Assembly (NCBI GenBank): GCA_046329555.1
Contig: JAXLUK010000005.1
Coordinates: 91,186 to 155,185 of the forward strand
Direction: 5' to 3'
Origin: Chitinophagales bacterium
Lineage (GTDB): Bacteria; Bacteroidota; Bacteroidia; Chitinophagales; LD1
DNA: 64,000 bases
Shown here: positions 19,227 to 30,084 of the stretch, piece by piece
Layout: the number at the start of each line of letters is the position of its first letter
How positions within the stretch are numbered: position 1 is the stretch's first letter
Notes under the pieces: model-generated
Seen by the model: only the letters and a program-made list of their open reading frames with translations
Told to the model about the DNA's origin: nothing
The model's database searches: none
Translations under genes and position numbers: made by a program

Positions 19227-20807
19227 TTAGAACGGAGGATCTTCATCATCCATCTGACCCTTGGCGAAATCATTGCTGCCGTGCTTTTTCTTAATTTCTA
19301 CATCGTCATTCATGCGCGACTGCACGCGGCGGAAGATGCGCTTTTCGTCGCCAGCCTGAACTTCGAAGGTGGTTTCTTCCTTGGTGAATTCATCCAGGTC
19401 GGCAAACTTCGCGAAACGGTCGATGAATTTCGCCATCACCGTTTTCAGCGGACCGTTCCGGTGCTTCGCAATAATGATTTCTGCTAAACCGCGAATGTCG
19501 CGTTGCTCTTCATCTGTGGTAATACCGTAATACTCGCCGCGATATAGAAAGATGACAATATCCGCATCTTGCTCAATGGCACCCGATTCACGGAGGTCGG
19601 AAAGAATCGGCTTTTTATTGCCGCCGCGCGTTTCTGGCGCCCGGCTTAACTGCGACAACGCAATCACCGGAATATTCAACTCCTTGGCCAAACCTTTCAG
19701 AGACCGCGAAATCTGTGAAATCTCCTGCTCGCGGTTGCCGCCGCCCTTGCCGTCGTTGGTGCCGCTCATCAACTGCAGGTAATCAATAATCACCATGCCG
19801 ATATCGTGTTTCTGCTTTAGCTTTCTGCACTTCGAACGCAGTTCAAAGATGTTGATGCCGGGTGTATCATCAATGAACAACTGCGCATTGCGCAACGTAT
19901 CAATCTTAGTGGTGAGCTGCTGAAACTCGTACTGCTCTAAATTACCGCGCCTGATTTTTTCAGCAGAAATTTCTGATTCCATCGAAATCAAACGCTGTAC
20001 CAACTGGTTGCTCGACATTTCTAAAGAGAAAATGGCAACGGGCTTTTTGTGATCCACAGCGCTGTTGCGCGCCAGCGCCAGCGTGAAGGCCGTCTTACCC
20101 ATGCCCGGACGAGCCGCCACAATGATCAAATCGCTTTTTTGCCATCCGCCGGTGGCCCGGTCTAATTCCATAAATCCTGATGGCACACCATTCAAATGTT
20201 CATCGCTATTGATGCGGATGTCAATTTCCTCTAACTCTTTCTTGATAATCGAACCAATATCTTCTGTTGATTTCTTCGCGTTATTCTCACTAATGCGCAT
20301 TAAATCAGATTCCGCGCGGTCTAACAACTCAAATACATCCGTAGTATCTTCATAAGCATCGCGAATGGTTTGAGACGACGAGTGAATCAACTCGCGTTGA
20401 ATATATTTTTGCGCAATGATGCGGGCATGATATTCAATGTTAGCAGCCGAGCCTACTTTATTGGTAAGCTGCGCTACAAAGTACGCACCACCAACCTCAT
20501 CCAGATGGCCATTCTTTTTTAACTGCTCACATACCGTCAGCAAATCAATGGGGTGCTCACCGGCGTATAACATGCGAATGGCACGATAAATTTTCTGATG
20601 CGCCTCCACATAAAAAGAATCTTCGTGCAGAATATCGATAACATCATCAATCGCCTTGCTTTCTATCATCACGCCGCCTAATACCGCTTCTTCAAAATCA
20701 CGCGCCTGAGGCGGCAGTTTGCCAAACTCTAACACGCTGGCATCGTTGCCGGCGCTGCGGCGGTTACTGCCAACCGCCTTTTTAATTACTTCATATTTAT
20801 CTGCCAT
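19227..20807 (-). CDS. dnaB: Replicative DNA helicase DnaB
   Basis: LPPQA.DFEEAVLG, AARPGMGKT Walker A, IIDYLQLM, LSQLSR, DLRESGAIEQDAD and AKHRNG. Confidence 0.98.
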   Translation of the reverse strand: MADKYEVIKKAVGSNRRSAGNDASVLEFGKLPPQARDFEEAVLGGVMIESKAIDDVIDILHEDSFYVEAHQKIYRAIRMLYAGEHPIDLLTVCEQLKKNGHLDEVGGAYFVAQLTNKVGSAANIEYHARIIAQKYIQRELIHSSSQTIRDAYEDTTDVFELLDRAESDLMRISENNAKKSTEDIGSIIKKELEEIDIRINSDEHLNGVPSGFMELDRATGGWQKSDLIIVAARPGMGKTAFTLALARNSAVDHKKPVAIFSLEMSSNQLVQRLISMESEISAEKIRRGNLEQYEFQQLTTKIDTLRNAQLFIDDTPGINIFELRSKCRKLKQKHDIGMVIIDYLQLMSGTNDGKGGGNREQEISQISRSLKGLAKELNIPVIALSQLSRAPETRGGNKKPILSDLRESGAIEQDADIVIFLYRGEYYGITTDEEQRDIRGLAEIIIAKHRNGPLKTVMAKFIDRFAKFADLDEFTKEETTFEVQAGDEKRIFRRVQSRMNDDVEIKKKHGSNDFAKGQMDDEDPPF

Positions 20808-21007
20808 AATAATTGCGAAAGGGCGACAAAAATATTTTTAGGAATATGGTTCACAATAAGAAGATACGGATAAAGTTCGGCACATGCAATCCACCGGGTT
20901 TTTGGACCAGTGTGGATTTTTATCTTCTTGAAAAACAAGCAATTGATAAAATTGCCTGTGCATAACTAAAAGCGCGCACAGCGCTGTTTATTCTGGGTAA
21001 AAAGAAG

Positions 21008-23911
21008 TTACTTAAGCGATTTGTACATGACTTTTTGAAGCGCACTGCGAATATTCATCTTCACCAGCTTACCATTGTCGGCCGTTGGGTAAACCCGGTT
21101 CGATAAGAAGATAAACGTAAGCTGATTGGTAGGGTCGGTCCATACACAGGTTCCTGTAAAACCGGTGTGGCCAAATACGGTAAGCGGAATACCTTCCAGC
21201 GCAGGACTTAATTTCTTCGAATCCGGCTCTGGCTTGTCGAAACCGAGTCCACGCCGCGAGCGCGACGAATATTGCTTCGTAAAATAATGCACCGTGCTAT
21301 CCGAAAAGAAGCGCTGGCCGTTATACACCCCTTTATTCAGCAATAGCTGCATCAATTGGGCTAAGTCGAAGGCATTGGAAAAAACACCGGCGTGGCCGGC
21401 AACGCCCCCATAAAGTGCCGCTCCCGGATCATGTACAAAACCTTTTACTACCTGCTTACGAAATACCGTATCGTTTTCTGTTGGTGCAATTCGGCTTGCT
21501 GGAAATTTTTCAGTAGGCCGGTAAGTGATGCGCGTCAATCCCATGGGTGCATAAAAGGTTTCATCTACATACACATCCAAAGGCAACTGCGTTACCTGCT
21601 CTACTACTTTTTGAAGAATGTAGAAGTCAATATCGCTATATAAGTAACCCGGATCGTTCTTTATCGGACTATGCGCCATAATATACCACATGGTATCACG
21701 GTAATTCGTACAATACAAACCATGACAAACCGGAACAATAAAAGTATCGTTCTTCGCAAAGCGGAAAAACTTATTGAAGTTGCTATCGATGGTGTTTCGG
21801 TAGAATTCATAAAAAGCTTTGAGGCCGGCCTGATGTGTGAGAATATCCGCTAGTTTTAATTTGCGAATCGTAGCGCTGTCATCTAAAGCCACATAATCGC
21901 CAACAGTTTTGTTAAGGTCAATTTTCTTTTCATCATACAATTTCATGATGGCCAGTGTGGTTGCTGCTATTTTAGATACCGAGGCCAAATCGTATAAATG
22001 ATTTTCATTGATTTTCTCCCGGGAATCTTCATAAGTCATACTGCCATACGCCTTATTCCAAACCACAGTATTGTTTCGTGCAATGAGCAACTGACAACCC
22101 GGATAGGCATGCGCGATGATGCCATTCAGCACAATATCATCCATCTCGCGCAGATAATCGGTGCGCAGGCCAGCTTCTTCGGGTACACCTTGTTTCAGCC
22201 GGTAGATAGAATCAAGTTGAAGTCCTGTGCCTACAGTGAATCGTCGGGAAGCGGAAACGGGTAATCTGCCCGACACTTTCATAGCGCCGACCGCGGCATT
22301 AGCGGCCGCGCGATTCGTAATCTCATTGTCTTCATAAGCGACCATCACATTATTCAGCGAATCGAAATTGCGCAGACTGTAAGGAGAGCCGAATAGCACT
22401 ACACCCACCTTGGTTTTTTGGGCTAGTGTGTTGATGAAATTCACCGTGGCATCGGCCAAACCGTAGTTCCTGGATGATTGACGCGACATGCCATGCACAT
22501 CAATAATTACACGGGAAAATTTCTGAAGAGAATCGAGTAAAGGATTTAGCGAGGCTTCGCTTTCATCTTTTGCCCGAAACAAAGGCAACTCTGCAACATT
22601 AAACAGGCTCCTTTGGAATTCAGAAGTGGCTTTGCAATCGATACAAACCGATGCAATTTGGGCAGAACGGAGTTCACGTATTGGAAAGAAGGTGTCTGTA
22701 TTGGCAGCCAGAGTAAGCGCATTTTCATACAACTCGCGCCGTAAATTGGCAGCAGTATCATTGTTCAGATCGTAGTATAGATTTTCTGTTTCTACCGGGG
22801 TGTACTCTTTTAATCCTAACAGGTATTTGTACGCCAGCACTTTTTTTACGCGCTTTTCCATGTACGTTTCTTCCAACTTACCATTGGCCCAGGCGTTGGT
22901 GATTTTATCAACGCCTAGCTGACTATTTTTTGAGAACAGCAGAACATCGTTGCCCGCCATAAAAGCGATGCTATCTACCACACCGGGCGCATAATTGTCG
23001 CTAATGGCGCGCATGTTCAGCGCGTCAGAAAACACCAGGCCGTTATAGCCCATTTCCTTTTGCAGTTTTTGCTGAATGATGCGTGCTGATAACGAGGCTG
23101 GAAGTTTAGAAGCGCCATCTAGCGCTGGTACATTCAGGTGCGCTACCATCACCGAACCCACGCCATTGGCAAAGAGTGCCTTAAATGGAAAGAGCTCGAA
23201 CTCATCTAACTTGTTTTGTGGTTTTGAAATAGTGGGCAAGGTGAGATGTGAATCCTTATCGGTATCGCCATGGCCCGGAAAATGTTTGGCGCAAGCCAGC
23301 ACGCCTTGCTGCTGCATGCCATCCGCATATTCCACACCGCGCACCGCTACTTGCATTTTATCCTCACCAAATGAACGATCATTGATGACCGGGTTGTGCG
23401 GATTACTGTTAATATCTACATCCGGAGCAAAGTTCACGTGTACGCCGATGCGCTTGCATTCACGCCCTATTTCCTTTCCCATTTCGCGAATCAGGTAGGT
23501 ATCGTGAATTGCCCCCAGGGTAAGTTGATGCGGAAAAATCGGCGTAGAATCTAACCGCATGGAAAGACCCCACTCTCCGTCTATACCAATCATTAGCGGC
23601 AACTTCGCTACGGCTTGCAAGCGATTGGTCCAGTAAGCCTGAGCGGTTGGATGGCCTCGAAAAAAAATAACGCCGCCGATACGCCCTTTCTTCGCCAGTG
23701 CTTCTACTTCCAGCATATTAAATTCAGGTGTATCGGTGTAGGCCGCAACCATAAAAAATTGGGCCACGCGCTGTTCTAAACCCAGCGCACCATACGTTTC
23801 ATTGACCCATTGATTACAGGCAGAATCCGTTTCCCAATGCAGAAAATCGGGACTTTGTGCCTGCGCCACTTGCAGGCAATACATCGAAAGAAATAGCAGC
23901 AAACGCTTCAT
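21008..23911 (-). CDS. GH3 beta-N-acetylglucosaminidase fused to a serine-hydrolase/beta-lactamase domain
   Basis: KHFPGHGDTDKDSH (NagZ-type), FSDALNM, and C-terminal LASVSK (SxxK), YSD and FGHTGFTG. Confidence 0.93.
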   Translation of the reverse strand: MKRLLLFLSMYCLQVAQAQSPDFLHWETDSACNQWVNETYGALGLEQRVAQFFMVAAYTDTPEFNMLEVEALAKKGRIGGVIFFRGHPTAQAYWTNRLQAVAKLPLMIGIDGEWGLSMRLDSTPIFPHQLTLGAIHDTYLIREMGKEIGRECKRIGVHVNFAPDVDINSNPHNPVINDRSFGEDKMQVAVRGVEYADGMQQQGVLACAKHFPGHGDTDKDSHLTLPTISKPQNKLDEFELFPFKALFANGVGSVMVAHLNVPALDGASKLPASLSARIIQQKLQKEMGYNGLVFSDALNMRAISDNYAPGVVDSIAFMAGNDVLLFSKNSQLGVDKITNAWANGKLEETYMEKRVKKVLAYKYLLGLKEYTPVETENLYYDLNNDTAANLRRELYENALTLAANTDTFFPIRELRSAQIASVCIDCKATSEFQRSLFNVAELPLFRAKDESEASLNPLLDSLQKFSRVIIDVHGMSRQSSRNYGLADATVNFINTLAQKTKVGVVLFGSPYSLRNFDSLNNVMVAYEDNEITNRAAANAAVGAMKVSGRLPVSASRRFTVGTGLQLDSIYRLKQGVPEEAGLRTDYLREMDDIVLNGIIAHAYPGCQLLIARNNTVVWNKAYGSMTYEDSREKINENHLYDLASVSKIAATTLAIMKLYDEKKIDLNKTVGDYVALDDSATIRKLKLADILTHQAGLKAFYEFYRNTIDSNFNKFFRFAKNDTFIVPVCHGLYCTNYRDTMWYIMAHSPIKNDPGYLYSDIDFYILQKVVEQVTQLPLDVYVDETFYAPMGLTRITYRPTEKFPASRIAPTENDTVFRKQVVKGFVHDPGAALYGGVAGHAGVFSNAFDLAQLMQLLLNKGVYNGQRFFSDSTVHYFTKQYSSRSRRGLGFDKPEPDSKKLSPALEGIPLTVFGHTGFTGTCVWTDPTNQLTFIFLSNRVYPTADNGKLVKMNIRSALQKVMYKSLK

Positions 23912-24013
23912 CCTTCAAAACTTCAAAAATTACGCCGGAATATTTCCCGGCTACTGCCACGTTATGTGTTAATGAAGCCCTAAAGTGTAGCACAAAGCCA
24001 TCAGTTGAATCGA

Positions 24014-24658
24014 TTAATGCTTCAACCGCTCTTTAAACACCTTTTCGAACTTCTCAATTTTTGGCTGAATTACAATTCGGCAATACGGCTCGTAGCCATG
24101 CTCGTTGTAATAATTCTGATGATAATCTTCCGCCTTATAAAAAGCGGTGAATGGCGATACTTCCGTTACTATTTTAGAAGGGTAGGCGCCTGTTTTATCC
24201 AATGCTGCTATAATTTCACGGGAAGCCTTTTCCTGTTCTGCATTGCGGAAGAAAATTACAGAGCGGTATTGCGTGCCTACATCTGCTCCTTGTTGGTTCA
24301 AGGTGGTGGGATCGTGCACCGTGAAGAAGACTTTTAGAATATCCTCCAGAGAGGTTTTCTTTTTATCGTAAACAATCTGTACTACCTCTGCATGACCCGT
24401 TGAGCCGGTACAAACCTCCCGGTAGCTCGGATTTTTGATAGAGCCGCCGCTAAAACCCGAAACCACGCTTTGTACGCCATCCAGGCGCTGATATATGGCT
24501 TCTACACACCAATAACAGCCGCCACCCAGCGTAATAGTATCCAGTATATGTTCAGAAGAAGATGGTGTTGCGTTAGCTTCCATAGTTGATTGATGTTTTT
24601 GTGCGCAGCCCGGCAAACTTAGCGAAAGCAGCGCTATGAATAACATGGCGTATTTCAT
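24014..24658 (-). CDS. msrA: Peptide-methionine (S)-S-oxide reductase with signal peptide
   Basis: GGGCYWCVEA, GHAEVVQI, QGADVGTQYRS and AEDYHQNYY. Confidence 0.96.
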   Translation of the reverse strand: MKYAMLFIALLSLSLPGCAQKHQSTMEANATPSSSEHILDTITLGGGCYWCVEAIYQRLDGVQSVVSGFSGGSIKNPSYREVCTGSTGHAEVVQIVYDKKKTSLEDILKVFFTVHDPTTLNQQGADVGTQYRSVIFFRNAEQEKASREIIAALDKTGAYPSKIVTEVSPFTAFYKAEDYHQNYYNEHGYEPYCRIVIQPKIEKFEKVFKERLKH

Positions 24659-24712
24659 ATAGCGAATAACGTCAGAACAATTAATTCTGAATATGGTTTA
24701 ACACAAATTGGC

Positions 24713-26281
24713 CTAATACTTTGCTATACGCGAGACAAAGCGTTGGCTCGCTACTAGAAGCGACACCTCGTAAATGCCTGCTGGCAAATGCTGATTATCT
24801 TCCCAAGTTACAATTTGAACGCCCTTTTTAACTGGTGTGTGCAGCGCTGAAACAACAGCTCCCTGCGCGTTACGCCATTCTATTACAGCCAATCCCTCTC
24901 TTTCCGCGGTGAACTGAAAAGTACAGTGGTCAGACACCGGATTGGGAAACACCTTGGCATCAAACTTTTCTATCGCTGCAATGCCAGTAGCTGCAGTATA
25001 AGTTTCGTATGTGTAATAAATATTTTGTTCTGATTGCCAGTTGCCAACCCATAGTTGGTACGCTGAAAGTGTTAGAAGCCTGTAATTGTTGTATTGATAC
25101 AAATATTGCCAGGTGTTCGTCCAAACACCACTATTCCAAAGGGCCTGACTAAATGAAAGGCGGTTGTTCAGATTATCGTAGGTGTACGTACGCCGTTCAT
25201 GCGGATTGCTTTGCAGCCAGTACGTTTCCGAAAGGCGATTACCCCGGGTGTCAAAAGTAAATTGCACTTGCGAAGAAGGAAGCCATCCAGAGGTGCTTCC
25301 GGTAGAATCCAGCATAGCAACTATAGAGTCTTTCGCATCATAAATAGTGATGCTTTTGTGATACGGATCCCACTGTGTTGTGGTTTGATTCCAGGAAAAT
25401 GTTTCGTGTAGTGTTTCCAGATGATTTTGATATTGAAAAACCTCTTTTCGTTGGTTTACCCAGCCACCTCCATTATGGCCGTAATTAAAAACCTGTACCA
25501 CATCAGTTCCTGAAAAAATGTAGGCGGTACTATCTGCAACATCAAGGTTTATTCCGGCCTCGTATATCGATGCTATTCGCAACCCATTCACAAAAACAAA
25601 ACGAAAGCGGTAACTATTTTGCCAAACGCCGCCAACCCATTCCTGCCATAAATCGCTGGTTACCCTTCCCGCAGCATCATATTCACGTGTTTGCAAACTT
25701 ATTTTTCCAAACACGCCAGAACTCACACCCTCTGTTTGTGCCGTGTGAAACAAACCATTGGCACCAGTATAGGTAAACGTACTTCTGCTATCAAGGGTCC
25801 AACCCGAGCCATCCCAAAACTCGAAACTCTGCAAAGTCATTCTGCCGTTACTGTCGAAAGTGTAACGTTGCCGGCTGTCATTTCTCCATTGCGCACCATC
25901 CCATACAAGATTGTCCTCACCCACTACATGTCCAGCCCCATCGTAGCTGAAAACGGTTTTCGAACTGTTCACAAAAGTATCGGCATTGGCATTTTGGGTT
26001 ATTGAGCTCACTTTTCTGCCTTGTCCGTCATAGGTATTGATGTTCCGGCTTTCGGGTTTAAGGCCTTGAGCAATCAAACTGTAATGCGTTTTACTGGAAA
26101 AAACATCATTATTTTCAAAAGCCGAGCCGCGATGTTGTTCATACTGCCAGACGGTAGAATCAGTATGTATCATGGAGCCGCTAGCACCTTCAATCAGTTT
26201 TATAATCAATCTGGGAAAAGTGTTTTGAGCAGATACGTTAATGGCAAGCAGACAGCAGCCAAAAATTGAGGCAATGCGCAT
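24713..26281 (-). CDS. T9SS cargo protein with tandem W..N..R.TYTYD beta-repeats (DUF3836/YD-like)
   Basis: Signal peptide, repeated WxNxSRxxYT(F/Y)DxNG units, and a CTD (KVFPNPV...LPAGIYEVSL). Confidence 0.82.
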   Translation of the reverse strand: MRIASIFGCCLLAINVSAQNTFPRLIIKLIEGASGSMIHTDSTVWQYEQHRGSAFENNDVFSSKTHYSLIAQGLKPESRNINTYDGQGRKVSSITQNANADTFVNSSKTVFSYDGAGHVVGEDNLVWDGAQWRNDSRQRYTFDSNGRMTLQSFEFWDGSGWTLDSRSTFTYTGANGLFHTAQTEGVSSGVFGKISLQTREYDAAGRVTSDLWQEWVGGVWQNSYRFRFVFVNGLRIASIYEAGINLDVADSTAYIFSGTDVVQVFNYGHNGGGWVNQRKEVFQYQNHLETLHETFSWNQTTTQWDPYHKSITIYDAKDSIVAMLDSTGSTSGWLPSSQVQFTFDTRGNRLSETYWLQSNPHERRTYTYDNLNNRLSFSQALWNSGVWTNTWQYLYQYNNYRLLTLSAYQLWVGNWQSEQNIYYTYETYTAATGIAAIEKFDAKVFPNPVSDHCTFQFTAEREGLAVIEWRNAQGAVVSALHTPVKKGVQIVTWEDNQHLPAGIYEVSLLVASQRFVSRIAKY

Positions 26282-26313
26282 CGTGTTTTTTTTCTAATAT
26301 AAGAAAACGAAAT

Positions 26314-27828
26314 TCAATGGACCTGCGGCCATACGGCTGCCATAGGTTGCTGCTGCACATGCGCTTGTACCCAAAACACATATTGAAACATATTTAATAC
26401 CGCTGATGAATCCGGCCTGGTGGCTTCGGGCAACAAGCGCTTTTCCAACAACCGCCAATGCTGTAAGCTAACGCCACCAGATTTACTTTGCCGCTGCAGA
26501 AACGATAACACCAACTGCACCAACGGCGGCAACGCAGACCACTGGCGCCGCACCGATTTTATCAAACTTTCTACCAATAACCAATCGCCCTTTTCGGCAT
26601 GAGTAAGCAGTTGCAGCAGGCGTGCGCCCTGTTGCACTTGCTCGGCCACGGCACTTTCCTTTTCCTGTAAAATGGGTTGCAAATAATCCAATGCACGATC
26701 ATACCGATGCTGTACAAAGGCCACATATGCCATCAGATATTGCAGCGTGATACGGTTGTGTTTTACAATGCGTTGGCCAAATTGTTGCAACCCTTTTTCA
26801 ATAGCTGGCAATCGTTTTTCGGCTGCGGCAAACTGGCCCGTTGCCATTCGGTAATTCAATTCAAGTAAGGCGCCTAAGCGAAATTCATTGACATCAAAAT
26901 TGGCTAACCGTTTAAACGCCGGCTCCTTGGCCAGATGACGCAATTGCGCCAGCCCCGTTTCTACCTCTGCATAATGCTTTAGCACAAAAGCATCAATTAA
27001 GTAATTATTCAGCACCGAAAAATATCGGTCGGCCAGCAATTGCTTCAATGGTAATCGTTGGTCGAGTGCAGCAAGGAAACGTCGGTTGAAATCAGCCGCC
27101 TTGGCCGTTTCGCCATTAGTAAAATGATATAGTGCCCGCACCTGGTAGTAATCAAGTTGGGCGCGTAGTGTAGTGGCATTTTTTTCTGAACGAAATTCCG
27201 GCAACCGAATTACTTCCCGCATACGCGCTGCCAATTCACTGCCGCGGGCACCCGCTTCGTATTGCATTTGATAAACCGTTGCACTTAAATACCGGTAGCG
27301 CGATGTGGTTTGCATCTGATGCAACACCGCTTCGGTTTGTCGGTGCCATTCAACAATGCCCGCAGCGGTAATGTTTCGGTAATAGCGCCGCGACATCAAC
27401 TGCAGCCGCAATTGCTGCAACTGCCACAACACTTCTGGTAAATCTACTGACATGGCCTGCTCCCAAACTGCTGTTAGTCGCTTCTCGCACCAATCCAGGT
27501 GGCCTTTCTGTAATAATAACTGGCATTGATGCACCGACCGTTGTAATTGCTGTTCGGTATTGGTATGCAAATCATACAAGTGCAATGCCTGCAGCAATTG
27601 TTCTGCCAATTGTTTCTTCAACACGGCGTAGGCTGCAGGCTTGTTGTTGCATCTACAATGCCGGCGCGCCTCAGTAGCATCGTATTTCGGCGCCTTCAGC
27701 AGGTATTCGTAAAGCACTACATAGCGGTTCTTGCTCATATGCTTTTGCAGAAACAGCCGGCAATAGCGCTTCTCCGCCATGGTCAAACTGGCCACAAAAT
27801 CGAATAAGGCAGGAGAGGAAGTGTTCAC
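26314..27828 (-). CDS. Conserved all-helical 504-aa hypothetical protein (TPR-like), no signal peptide
   Basis: LFDFVASLTMAEKRY N-terminus recalls a recurrent Bacteroidota family; helical repeats throughout. Confidence 0.7.
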   Translation of the reverse strand: MNTSSPALFDFVASLTMAEKRYCRLFLQKHMSKNRYVVLYEYLLKAPKYDATEARRHCRCNNKPAAYAVLKKQLAEQLLQALHLYDLHTNTEQQLQRSVHQCQLLLQKGHLDWCEKRLTAVWEQAMSVDLPEVLWQLQQLRLQLMSRRYYRNITAAGIVEWHRQTEAVLHQMQTTSRYRYLSATVYQMQYEAGARGSELAARMREVIRLPEFRSEKNATTLRAQLDYYQVRALYHFTNGETAKAADFNRRFLAALDQRLPLKQLLADRYFSVLNNYLIDAFVLKHYAEVETGLAQLRHLAKEPAFKRLANFDVNEFRLGALLELNYRMATGQFAAAEKRLPAIEKGLQQFGQRIVKHNRITLQYLMAYVAFVQHRYDRALDYLQPILQEKESAVAEQVQQGARLLQLLTHAEKGDWLLVESLIKSVRRQWSALPPLVQLVLSFLQRQSKSGGVSLQHWRLLEKRLLPEATRPDSSAVLNMFQYVFWVQAHVQQQPMAAVWPQVH

Positions 27829-28004
27829 AGACCTTTAATAAATATTAATGGAAAGATATTAAAAAACGGAGAAAATAAGAATATAAAAAACGAAAATGAT
27901 GCAATTCCAATCAAAGTAATCGCTTTACAGACTTTTAATATATCGTCAAAAAATGGTTTGATTTTATATAAGACAAAGCGTTCTTTCGTCACTAACAAAA
28001 TTGC

Positions 28005-30047
28005 ATGGCCATGAAAAAGACGATGACACTGATACTAGGCGCGATATTGCTGCAAAGCGCCTTCGCTGCCGCACCTACCTGGATGAACATATCGAACTAC
28101 ACCCGTGTAACCGCAGTGTTGGCGGATGGCAATGAGGTATGGGTTGCCGCTAAAGGTGGATTGATGAGGTATTCCACCAACTCTGGTAACCGCAATTTTT
28201 ACAAAAAAGCGCCTGGCGCACTGCCTTCCTTGTCTATAGAAGCGCTGGCCCGCAATGTGGTGAATGGTGATATCTGGATTGGCACCTACGACAACGGACT
28301 GGTTAAATTTGACGGCAATCAGTTTACCACCATTCCTTTGCCATCAGGAAGCGGGAAATTATACACCATTAAAACTGCCCCTGATGGCGCGGTTTGGGCG
28401 GTTACGGAAAATGCGGTTTACCAATATAAAAACGGCACCTTTAACACCTTTCTTGCGGCAATGAATGTGTGGGATGTAGCTCCCATGCCGAATGGAAAGT
28501 TGTTTTGCGGAAATACTGCACCCTTCATTTTCGATCCGGCAACACAACAATCGCAAATGCTGCATACCTCCACCTTTTCTTACAGCCATGCTACCGTTGC
28601 TGCTTTCGACGATCATCACTTCGCTTTCGCCAGCGATCATAGTGTATTGGCCACCTTCGTAGATACCACCGAAGTAGATACAGTACAGGTAGGGTTGGTA
28701 CAGCAATTGAAATATGAATCAAGTGGGAAGTTGTATGCGTTGAATAGTGAAGGACAGCTTTTTCTAATCGGCAGCACCGTTGCACCTGTTCCGCTGGTAG
28801 GTCAACATCCGGTGGCCGTAGATATTACTTCAACCGGTGTTATTTGGGGAGGAGCAACCGATACCAAAGGAGCTTGCAATTTGTTTGGGTTGGCAGGAGG
28901 ATCGATCACGAATATATCTTTACAACAAAATCAGTTGGCTAGTAATTGGGTGTACCGCGTTACTCCCAAAAACAATAACACCTTGTTACTGCAAAGTAGC
29001 GCAGGAGTGCAGGAATATGATTTAGATGCACAGGCCATTTTAAGCATGTGGGACACCACCGGCATGCCCAATACCTATGGCGGTGGCATAGAAGTAAACG
29101 GAAAGAAGTATCTATATACCTCTTCACAGTATTTATGGGTGTATCAAAACGGACAATGGCAGCAGTTAGGGGTAGGCATTCTTCCTAGCAGTGAAATTCG
29201 TCGCGCTGTTGCCGATGCAGCAGGCAATTTGTGGCTTTGCGGATATGGATACATCGCAAAGTATGACGGTAATAATTTTACTGTGTATGATGCGTCAGAC
29301 GATTATCATCTTACCCAGTATGTTCACGACATCCACATAGATGAAACACACGGCAATGTTTGGTTCGGAACCTATGATGGCATTTTCAAGCTTCATAATA
29401 ATGCCCTCACTTTTTACAACGACAGCACACCGGGTATCCAACAATTTTATGATCCGATAGAATGTATTTCTGAAGATCCGCAACACAACATTTGGTTCGG
29501 AACAGTATATGGCGGCTTAATTAAATACGATGGCAACGGATTTTCTACGCAGCTATTGCCTTACCATGTAGGCAATCAGATGGTAACCGATATGGTGTTT
29601 GATGGCAACACCATGTATGTGAGCGATAATTTAAACAGCCTGTGGAAACTGGAAAATGGCGTGTGGGACAGTTTAAATATTCGCACCAGTGGTGTTACGT
29701 CGAACTTTGTGACCTCGTTGCTGCTTGATAAGCGCGGCAACCTATGGCTATCCAACCTGGAATACGGCATCGATATCTACAACAAAAACGGAGTGACACT
29801 CACCGGAGTTACGGAACCGTTAGCAATTTCTGCAGAGGTAATGCCCAATCCTTCTACCGGTCGCTTTCTGGTGCGCACCGATGGGGCAGCCCAATTGCGC
29901 GTCTGGGAAACAACCGGAAGATTGTTAACAGCAACTGAAATAGACCGTGAAGGCACGATTGATCTAACCAATTTTAGCAGTGGCTGCTATTGGTTAGAAA
30001 TACAAACAGCAGCAGGTACTACAACGAGAGCCATCTTCAAGCAATAA
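28005..30047 (+). CDS. T9SS cargo beta-propeller protein (two-component-regulator-propeller/PorZ-like repeats)
   Basis: Repeated DxxGNLWxGT/IWIGTYDNGL blades and a CTD (VMPNPSTGRF...SSGCYWLEI). Confidence 0.85.
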   Translation: MAMKKTMTLILGAILLQSAFAAAPTWMNISNYTRVTAVLADGNEVWVAAKGGLMRYSTNSGNRNFYKKAPGALPSLSIEALARNVVNGDIWIGTYDNGLVKFDGNQFTTIPLPSGSGKLYTIKTAPDGAVWAVTENAVYQYKNGTFNTFLAAMNVWDVAPMPNGKLFCGNTAPFIFDPATQQSQMLHTSTFSYSHATVAAFDDHHFAFASDHSVLATFVDTTEVDTVQVGLVQQLKYESSGKLYALNSEGQLFLIGSTVAPVPLVGQHPVAVDITSTGVIWGGATDTKGACNLFGLAGGSITNISLQQNQLASNWVYRVTPKNNNTLLLQSSAGVQEYDLDAQAILSMWDTTGMPNTYGGGIEVNGKKYLYTSSQYLWVYQNGQWQQLGVGILPSSEIRRAVADAAGNLWLCGYGYIAKYDGNNFTVYDASDDYHLTQYVHDIHIDETHGNVWFGTYDGIFKLHNNALTFYNDSTPGIQQFYDPIECISEDPQHNIWFGTVYGGLIKYDGNGFSTQLLPYHVGNQMVTDMVFDGNTMYVSDNLNSLWKLENGVWDSLNIRTSGVTSNFVTSLLLDKRGNLWLSNLEYGIDIYNKNGVTLTGVTEPLAISAEVMPNPSTGRFLVRTDGAAQLRVWETTGRLLTATEIDREGTIDLTNFSSGCYWLEIQTAAGTTTRAIFKQ

Positions 30048-30055
30048 ACGCCAGG

Positions 30056-30084
30056 AAGGGCGCCGCAAGGCGCCTTTTTCTTTC
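30056..30084. terminator. Intrinsic terminator
   Basis: aagggcgcc-gcaa-ggcgccttt stem, GNRA tetraloop, T-run. Confidence 0.85.
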
